A program made the translations under genes and the position numbers. A stretch of 64,000 bases of DNA from Acidobacteriota bacterium (lineage in GTDB: Bacteria > Acidobacteriota > Vicinamibacteria > Vicinamibacterales > CAVVIG01): positions 1,840 through 65,839 of the forward strand of contig JAOBWF010000119.1 of NCBI GenBank assembly GCA_025463215.1, given 5' to 3'. Every line of letters starts with the position of its first letter. Position 1 is the first letter of the stretch. The notes under the pieces were generated by a model, which was not told where the DNA came from, searched no databases, and was given only the letters and a program-made list of their open reading frames with translations. Below are positions 28,464 to 36,600 of the stretch, one piece after another.

Positions 28464-29819
28464 ATGAACCGTTGCCGTCTCGCTCTGTTCTTTCCGACCG
28501 TTGCGGTTCTTGTGTGGGCTGCCGCCTGCACGAAAGACAATCCGACGACGCCCACGGCCCCTTCGTGTTCCTTCAGCATCACACCGCTGGTGACGACCAC
28601 CTTCGCAGCGGAAGGCGGCACCGGCACGATCGCGGTCACCGCCGGTTCCGGTTGCGCATGGACGGCGACGAGCGGCGCGACCTTCGTGACGATCACACAG
28701 GGCGCCAGCGGGACCAGCAACGGTTCGGTCGCGTTCACGGTCGCCGCCAATGCCGGCGCCGATCGGACCGCGATCCTGACCATCGCGGGGTCAACGGTTT
28801 CCCTCACGCAGCGCGCGGCCACTTCCACGCCCACCGGTACGCTGTCCGCGCCGACCGCTAAGGCACCGGTCGGCGGCGTCGCCGTCGACCCGGGCCGGCC
28901 GACCCTGGTCGTGAACAATGCGGCGGCCACCGGCACCGTCGGCCCCGTCACCTATCGTTTCGAAATCTCCGACACCAGCTCGTTCCCGGCCGATCCGGTC
29001 AGGACCTTCACCGTGGACGGCGTCGCGCAAGGCAGCGGCACGACCGGTTGGGTCGTCAATCACGATCTCGGCGCGAACGTGCTCTGGTACTGGCACGCAC
29101 GCGCCACCACCGGAACGGTCACCACGGCGTACTCCGCCACCGATACCTTCAACACCGGCACGTCGTGCACCTTCGCGTTGTCACCGTCGAGCGCGGCCGT
29201 CGGCCTCTCCGCTGCCACGGGCACAATTACGGTGACGACGACCAGCGCGTGCTCGTGGACGGCGACCAGCAACGACGCATTCATCACGGTCACCACCGGC
29301 GCGTCCGGTGCCGGCACCGGAACGCTCTCGTACACCGTCGCGGCCAACAGCGGCGCAGCACGGACGGGGACGCTGACGATCGCTGGGCAGACGTTCACGG
29401 TCGCGCAAGCGGGCTCTAGCTCTAGCACGGGTATCGTGGCGGCGTTCCAGTTGTTCGATCCGGGTTCGCAACAGGGAGCGACCACCGAGTGCCGCATTCG
29501 AAGCGCGAGCGGTGCGCCGACGACCTGCACACTGCAATCTACGTCGTTCACGCTCGGTACCAATGCGGTCGTGTCCTATTCGTGGAACGTGCAGTACACC
29601 TACGACACGGTGAAGACCTTCACCGGTACGAGCCCGACGCTGGCGATCACCGACGTGTGCGGCACGCTGCCGAACACGATCGCGACGACGGACGGCGCGT
29701 CTCAGCCGCTGTCGGTGAGCCTCACGGTTACCGACAACCTGGGCGCGACCGCCACCGCGATATCCGGCACCGGATCGCAGGCCCCGCTGGTGATGCGTTT
29801 CTTCGTCTGCGGCTCATAG
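28464..29819 (+). CDS. Lipoprotein with BACON-like all-beta repeat domains
   Basis: AAAGGAG upstream of ATG 28464. Lipobox (VLVWAAAC). Two units of the pattern GGTGTIAVTAGSGCAWTATSGA.FVTIT.GASGTSNGSVAFTVAANAGADRTAILTIAG, which I recognise as BACON-type. Confidence 0.7.
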   Translation: MNRCRLALFFPTVAVLVWAAACTKDNPTTPTAPSCSFSITPLVTTTFAAEGGTGTIAVTAGSGCAWTATSGATFVTITQGASGTSNGSVAFTVAANAGADRTAILTIAGSTVSLTQRAATSTPTGTLSAPTAKAPVGGVAVDPGRPTLVVNNAAATGTVGPVTYRFEISDTSSFPADPVRTFTVDGVAQGSGTTGWVVNHDLGANVLWYWHARATTGTVTTAYSATDTFNTGTSCTFALSPSSAAVGLSAATGTITVTTTSACSWTATSNDAFITVTTGASGAGTGTLSYTVAANSGAARTGTLTIAGQTFTVAQAGSSSSTGIVAAFQLFDPGSQQGATTECRIRSASGAPTTCTLQSTSFTLGTNAVVSYSWNVQYTYDTVKTFTGTSPTLAITDVCGTLPNTIATTDGASQPLSVSLTVTDNLGATATAISGTGSQAPLVMRFFVCGS

Positions 29820-29850
29820 CGGGATGACACGCGTTCGTCGCCGACGGGCT

Positions 29851-30422
29851 GCGGAGTCATGCGGTCGAACTCCGGGATCAGGGGCCTTGGTGGATCAAAG
29901 TATCAGGTCGGGGGAGGGCCGTGTGCGTCAGCAGCGGCAGCGAGAAGATGGCGGTGACCGGCGCGCCCGAGTCGACCAGGTGCTCACGTAGACGCAGCAA
30001 CTTTTTCGCGGCCTCCTGGCGAGGGACGAGTGTTTCCGATCACCATCGAGCTGCGCCGGATCCTCAACGCCCAACAGGAAATCGCCAAGGACCTGAAGCG
30101 CGAGCACGGGACGATCTCCCGCCATGTGTTCTGCTACGCGAAGGGCGCGAAGGCGGGGCAGGGCGTCACGGAAGGCGGCTATAACAAGGCTTGGCGGAAG
30201 GCACGCGTTGCGGCTGGCTGCCCTGGACGGATCTCGCACGACTTTCGTCGCACCGCGGTGCGCAATCTGGTGCGGGCCGGGGTGCCGGAGCGCGTCGCGA
30301 TGCAGATGACCGGACACAAGACCCGTGCGGTATTCGAGCGCTACAACATCGTTAGCCCCGGGGATCTGCGTGATGCCGCGCGACGACTCGATACCTTCGC
30401 GGCCAAGGCCGCGGCGATCTGA
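29851..30422 (+). pseudogene. Integrase remnant (third copy) with internal deletion and a short inverted segment
   Basis: 29851-29939 is similar to 26310-26408. 29940-30016 is the reverse complement of the homolog of about 26409-26485. 30018-30422 is similar to 26984-27388 and keeps the catalytic C-terminus in frame (ORF 30030..30422). Confidence 0.8.
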
Positions 30423-30648
30423 CACCGCCTTGCAGTCCTCACTGGCCGCCGCGTTGCTCTGTTGGGCTAGCCGTTTCCGCCATCGCTCGGCTCAACACCG
30501 CGTCAGCCAAGGGCCCCAACCATTCAGTTATTTTCGGCCACGCTTCACTCGCGATCGAAACACGGGCGCACACAGAAACACAGAAAACTAACATTCCGCA
30601 GGTCGGTTGACCTCCGCATCGAACTTCGGCGAAAGTTCACAGGCTAGG

Positions 30649-31575
30649 ATGCGCGACGATTTCACCAAGCCGACCAAGCGAAAGATCGCCGCGCGGGCGG
30701 GCCATCGATGTTCAAGGTCCGAGTGCGGCGCCGCTACAAGCGGGCCCCAACTCGATCCTGAGGGAATTTTGAACGTTGGTGTGGCCGCACACATTCACGC
30801 TGCGTCAGAGGGTGGGCCTCGATACTTAGAGGCGATGACGCCTGAAGGGCGCGGCAGTGCGGAGAACGGTGTGTGGCTGTGTCAGACGTGCGCAAAACTG
30901 GTTGATAACGACGAGGCACGGTACCCGGCAGATCTGCTCAGAGGATGGAAACAGAAGGCAGAAGAGAGCGCCCTAACATCGATCGGAAAGACGAAGCGCG
31001 CCACGAAGGCGGCGCGGAAGGAGAGCGAGATCAGGCGAAATCTCAAGATCCGCGCCAAGCTCGAAAAGGCGATGCTGCGACCGATCGCCGAACGCCGCCA
31101 GTTACGAAGCCCTAGTCCGATGGACAAGTTTCGCAGTCGCAAGATCGTTGTTCGCTCTCTCGACGACACCAGATACCCGGAAATCGATGCAAAACCACCC
31201 AGCGGAATCAGTAGCTGGCTTGTGTTTGAGCCGTACGACTTCTACCACGGCGGTCTGAGCGTCATATTGTCGATCCGCCTGGTGGTCATAGGTCCTGAGC
31301 AGAATTGGGCTTACGTCGACTACCGGCTCGATGTTCCCGAGGGAACCCCCGGGATTGCCAAGGTCTGGATGCTTGGGGACATCCCGTGGCGAAACATTCG
31401 TGAGATTGACGCCGACGGTGATCGTCACTATCGCGGTCCGCATCTCTTCTGCGCTTACGGGGACAACGGCACTCCGTACGAACGAGTTATCGCTAGTGTG
31501 ATGGGTGAGTTCTACGATTCGCCTCTCGATCCGGCGAAACAGCACCCTGACGTCATGTCGCTCGAGGACCTTTGA
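30649..31575 (+). CDS. HNH-type nuclease-like N-terminal domain protein with unassigned C-terminal domain
   Basis: RKIAARAGHRCSRSECGAATSGP...VGVAAHIHAASEGGPRYLEAMTPEGRGSAENGVWLCQTCAKLVD matches the AHI.A.S.GGPRY...N.I.LC..C...ID family pattern. The region is visibly lower in GC. ATG 30649 was chosen over TTG 30607. Confidence 0.6.
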   Translation: MRDDFTKPTKRKIAARAGHRCSRSECGAATSGPQLDPEGILNVGVAAHIHAASEGGPRYLEAMTPEGRGSAENGVWLCQTCAKLVDNDEARYPADLLRGWKQKAEESALTSIGKTKRATKAARKESEIRRNLKIRAKLEKAMLRPIAERRQLRSPSPMDKFRSRKIVVRSLDDTRYPEIDAKPPSGISSWLVFEPYDFYHGGLSVILSIRLVVIGPEQNWAYVDYRLDVPEGTPGIAKVWMLGDIPWRNIREIDADGDRHYRGPHLFCAYGDNGTPYERVIASVMGEFYDSPLDPAKQHPDVMSLEDL

Positions 31576-32404
31576 CGTGGCCAGACAAACCGGTCCGTGG
31601 CCGCGAGCGGCATGAGTCTTCGGACCCCGCGAGAATCCGACACGGGGGCCGCCCCGTCGACGACCCAAAAGCCCCGTGACTGACGGACGCGCCCGGATCC
31701 GTTTGGGCGGTCGGGTCCGCGACGTGGAACCGCTGTTGTGGAGCGAGAAGGGCGTCCTCGCGAAAGCGAAGTGGGGTGTTGAAGGTGGTGCGAGCAGGCC
31801 GCGCGCCAGAAAGAACGCGAGCGCGGGGAAAAATTAGGGACGCCGATCACTTACTGGCCCGTCACCATCGCTTTGCGACCAGCGGCGCGGTGCTTCAAGT
31901 CGGCATTGCGCTCGGCGCGGTGGCGGCGTTGACGCCGCAACGTCTCGTCTGGTTCGGATCGGGGATTCTCGGTATCGCCGGCGTCGGTGCGCGATCATCG
32001 CGCGCGCCATCGTGCTAACTAGCCGGGTAAGACGCATCGGCGTGTCATTGCCGATGCGTTCGCGTCCGCCTCTTGTCAAATGAGGCCTCCTTCATCTATA
32101 CGAGGATCACCCCTGACGGCGCGACGATTCGTACCACAATCGGTCAGCCTTCACGATCAGCACGGCACGTCCCGGAACGGGCGGTTCCCCCCGTGGGTTC
32201 AGGCGCTAACAGACGCCACTTTCTTACGAGCCGAGCAGTGGATGACACGGAAGACCATGGCCAGCATAGTCGGCTCGGCGCGTGTGGCTAAGGCCGCGTT
32301 GTGCGCTGTGAGGTTTGAATAGGAGAAGGGCGAAAATATCAGCGCTCGCAGCAGCGCGACAACGTGTCGTGGCAGGGCGCCAGCGCGTGCCGAACGAGAC
32401 TCGG

Positions 32405-33151
32405 TTAGACGGTCTCGCGACGTCGGCGATACGCGGCGGCCGCGCCGCCGAGACCGACGAGCATCAGCGTCGCCGGCTCCGGCACGGGTACTCCTGTCAT
32501 GTCCGCGGGGCTGTGCATGATCAGCAGGTCGGAGCAGCCAAAGGGTCCGCATAGATTCGCTGTCAACGTCGTGGAAACTTCGTTGAACAGCCCGATCTGG
32601 TTCGCGCCGCTGGTGCCGTTGTACGACACCGAGCGCGGGCCGGGCGACGGACTGCCCGGCAGCGGGTCGCCGTAAACTTGCGTCGCCGCACCCAGACCGT
32701 TGAGCGTTCCGTTCAGCGCAAGGTCGATAATGTCGCCGAACGACACGCCGCCAACGCTGTACCCGTCGGAATACATCCAGATCGAGCCGTTATTGATCGC
32801 GAGGACGTCGCTGACGCCGGTGTACTGACTCGCGATCGGGTTGTAGGCAGCGTCGAGCAGAAAAATGTACGCGGTGTCCCAGTGCGGCGAGTCGAACGAC
32901 GGTACGAATACAGGATCTCCGGTCACGGCATCGAAGCCGTCCTGCACAGTGCCGACGAACAGCTGGTAATTCAGGTTTTCGCTGTAGTGGCTGATGCTTC
33001 CGCCGTGACCGTCGCCTTCGCCGGCATCACACGTCGTCACGAGCGTGTTGATGTCGGTCGTGCAGCCGATGGCGAAGGGACTCGCGTGTGCAGTCGACGC
33101 GAACGTCGTGACGCAGACAGCGGCCAGGATGGGAGCAATGAACTTCGTCAT
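32405..33151 (-). CDS. PEP-CTERM sorting-domain protein
   Basis: Signal peptide MTKFIAPILAAVCVTTFASTAHA. C-terminal VPVPEPATLMLVGLGGAAAAYRRRR. Confidence 0.75.
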   Translation of the reverse strand: MTKFIAPILAAVCVTTFASTAHASPFAIGCTTDINTLVTTCDAGEGDGHGGSISHYSENLNYQLFVGTVQDGFDAVTGDPVFVPSFDSPHWDTAYIFLLDAAYNPIASQYTGVSDVLAINNGSIWMYSDGYSVGGVSFGDIIDLALNGTLNGLGAATQVYGDPLPGSPSPGPRSVSYNGTSGANQIGLFNEVSTTLTANLCGPFGCSDLLIMHSPADMTGVPVPEPATLMLVGLGGAAAAYRRRRETV

Positions 33152-33617
33152 AAGAACGGGTTAGAGCAAGTTCGTGACCGGACTGCCGCGCTGGCTAAGG
33201 TGTGCGCTCAATCACCGCAACCATTGGTGCCATAGGGGTTGTGCCACCTGTCCTAAATGGTCGTAGACTGCGGCGTCGCGAGTCGGAGAGTCGGTTCCGA
33301 CAAAAGATCGCAGGCACGCAGACTTTAGGGAGTAAGGGCGATGACTCCTGCGATCGGAGATCGCACGGTCGCGTTTGAACGACAAGCGGATAAAAGTCTG
33401 CTCTTGAAGGTTTCGAATCGCTCCCCTGTCTCTTCAAGTCTTGTACTGTCATTAGGATCTGTGGGTATCAAATATGCGAGTCACTTCTTGCCTTTCTAGG
33501 CCCCGCTAAACGATCCTCTGCGCTTCGACTTTCGCACTTCAACTCAGATCGGGATGAGGGAACGCTCGCTGGGAGCATTCCACTAGGCGTCGGTGTCGCT
33601 TCCCTAAGGATTCTGCA

Positions 33618-36600
33618 ATGAACCGATACTTGCCGGTCTGTGTTATGGCGTCGTTCGTTTTTTTGATGGCTGCGGCTGCGGCCGCGGACCAACTGACCGT
33701 CACTCTCAACACCGACACTTGGGGAGGCGTTCCCGGCAGGCAAGGAGAAGTCGGCGATCTTCGATGGACCCTGCTGGTCGCAGGGGAGGGCGACACGATT
33801 GTGTTCGACTGCGGCTCCCCCTGCCACGTCATTCTGAGGGCCCCGTTGGCCCCGATTACGCACGACGTGACGATTGACGGCGGCCCCCTCGGAACGATCA
33901 TCGACGGCGACAATGTCCATCGTGTGTTCTTCGTCGATACGGGCCACGTCGTTCTGCGCAACCTCCGAATTCAGAATGGCCGCGCAAAAGGCGGCGATGG
34001 CGGCCCCGGGCACCGTGGGAGCGGTGGAGGCGGCGGCCTCGGTGCCGGCGGCGGCCTCTTCGTCAACCAGACCGCCGCTTCGGCGACCCTCATCGACGTT
34101 TCCTTCGTGAATTGCAGCGCAGTGGGCGGCGCCGGCGGTGGTTCCATCGCTGGCAACGGGGGCGGCGGAGGGGGCGGCCTCCTATTCCCTGGTGGAGCAG
34201 GTGTGGGTGGAGCCGGTGGCGGCGGCGGCGGAATTTACGGGGCGGGCGCAGACAGCGGTCCGGGCCTCGATGCGGGGAATGGTGGCGACGGCGGTGGCGC
34301 CGGGGGCGCCCCGGGTATGGTGTGGTGCGTGTTGCAGTGTCCGATTGGCATTCCGGGCAATGCCGGATGGGCCTTTACGACGAACGCACCGGCGACGACT
34401 AGCGCGCTGTGGATTAATAACTCTCTCAATGCAATCAACGGGAGTATGAGTCAAACCATCTTCGTGTTTTCGGCTGGGAACGGCGGCTTCGGCGGCGGCG
34501 GCGGTGGCGGCGCCCCTTCAAATTTTTTCCATGATGGCCCAGCGGGAAAAGGCGGCTTTGGTGGCGGCGGTGGCGGCGGAGCTGGCGCCTTAGTGCGCGA
34601 ATTTGGAGGAGACGGCGGACCGGGCGGCGGCGGTGGTGCAGGTGGTGTGCTCGATTCTCAGAATAGCGCTGGCGAACCGGGGCTCGGCGGACTACTCGCG
34701 AATGGGGTGTACGGTGGCCGAGGCGACTTCTTGAACAACGAATCGACCGGCGGCGGCGGTGCCGCGGCTGGGCCGGCCGTGTTTGTCAATCAAGGCAGTT
34801 TGACGACGAGCAATAGTGCCTCTACGGGGAGCATCGCGCGACCTGGAGGGGGCGGTGCGACCGCTGATGCGACTCCCGTCTTCAATTACGGTGGAATGGT
34901 CAACGGCTCGACAGAGGTCGGGCCGATCGCCAGTGCCCTCTCCCTCTCAATCTCCATGCTGTCGATTCAACAATCGTTTAGTGCACCGGACATCCCGTTA
35001 GGCGGGATCACCACTTTAACCATCGCGATCACCAATCCAAATTCGTCCGAGGTGCTCTCTGACGTCTCGTTCGTCGATTATCTTCCCGCCGGCCTTACGG
35101 TGGCCACACCGGACGGGTTGACAGCGGCATGTGACGGGTTTCTTTTCCAACGAAGTTATGGCGCGTTCATCGCGGCAGGTAATGTGGTGTCCACTTCCGG
35201 AGCGCAACTGTTTCCAGGCGCGTCGTGCTTCTACTCGGTGAATGTGATCGGCACGGCCCTTGGCCGCCAGACCAACAGCATTCGTGTTGGTTTGAGGTAC
35301 GCCACTGGGGCGCCGTCGCTCGCGGCGGTCACGGTCGGCGCGCAGACGATCACATTCAACGCGGTACCCCCCATCACCTTCGATGCCGGTCCGGCGCTGC
35401 TGAGCGCAGCGGCATCATCCAATCTCCCGGTCACCTTTACGTCGATAACACCTTCGATCTGTGCCCCGGTCGGGAATACCGTCACGCTGCTGGCCGTGGG
35501 CACGTGTTCGATCACTGCGAACCAGAGTGGCGGCACGACCTACGCCGCCGCTGCGACCGTGACGCAAAGCTTCGGCATCACTGCCGGAACGCAAACGATT
35601 GCATTCGGTGCATTGCCCAATGCCGGATTCGGGTCCGGCCCGATTACGCTCACGGCAATCGCATCGTCCAACCTGCCCGTGAGCTTCTTCTCGATAACCC
35701 CAATTGTCTGCGCTGCCGGCGGAAACATCGTCACGTTGCTGAGCGTCGGCGCATGTTCGATCACCGCGACTCGCGCGGGCACCGCCAACTACGCAGCCGC
35801 AGCGAACGTGACGCAGAGTTTCCTCATCAACGCCGGAGCGCAGACGATCGCGTTCGCGCCGCTAAGTACCGCAGCGTTCGGCGCTGGGCCCGTCGCGCTG
35901 GTTGCCACCGCGTCGTCCAATCTAACCGTGACGTTCGTGTCGACTACACCCGCGATCTGTGGTGTCATCGGCGATACCGTTTCACTTGTGAATGTCGGCA
36001 CCTGTTCGATCACCGCGAGCCAAGGGGGTAGCGCGAGCTACCTGGCCGCGCAAAGCGTGGCTGGGAATCTCACGGTGAAAAGATTTGAGTACTCCCTTGT
36101 TACGACCGTGGCCGGCACGCAGGGCCAAGAAGGCACAACCGACGGGACCGCCAGCACGGCGCGGTTCTCGCTTCCCAAGGGCATCGCGGCTGACGCTGGT
36201 GGCTCCCTCTATGTCGCAGATACGTTCAACCACACGGTTCGCAAGATCACGGTTGGCGGAGTTGTGTCCACCGTTGCGGGCCTAGGCGGTGTGAGTGGTG
36301 AGGCGGACGGCACCGGTGACGCCGCGCGGTTTCTCTATCCGGCCGGTGTGGCGGTGGACCCTTCCAATAATGTCTATGTTGCCGACACCAGCAACCACAC
36401 GATCCGCAAGATCACAAGCGCTGGTGTTGTGACGACGCTCGCAGGCACCGCGTCGACGCGTGGCGCGTCAGATGGAACGGGAAGTGGCGCGCAATTCTTC
36501 TTCCCGACCGGGATCGGGCTGGACACTTCAGGGAATCTCTACGTGGGCGATCAGAACAACAACAAAGTTCGGAAGATCACCCCAGCCGGTGTCGTCTCGA

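Noticed and set aside
31102-31668. 188-aa minus-strand ORF overlapping the 3' half of the HNH-type gene
   Set aside because: It is antisense to the longer ORF, has no signal or motif, and its frame is not supported by any start context.
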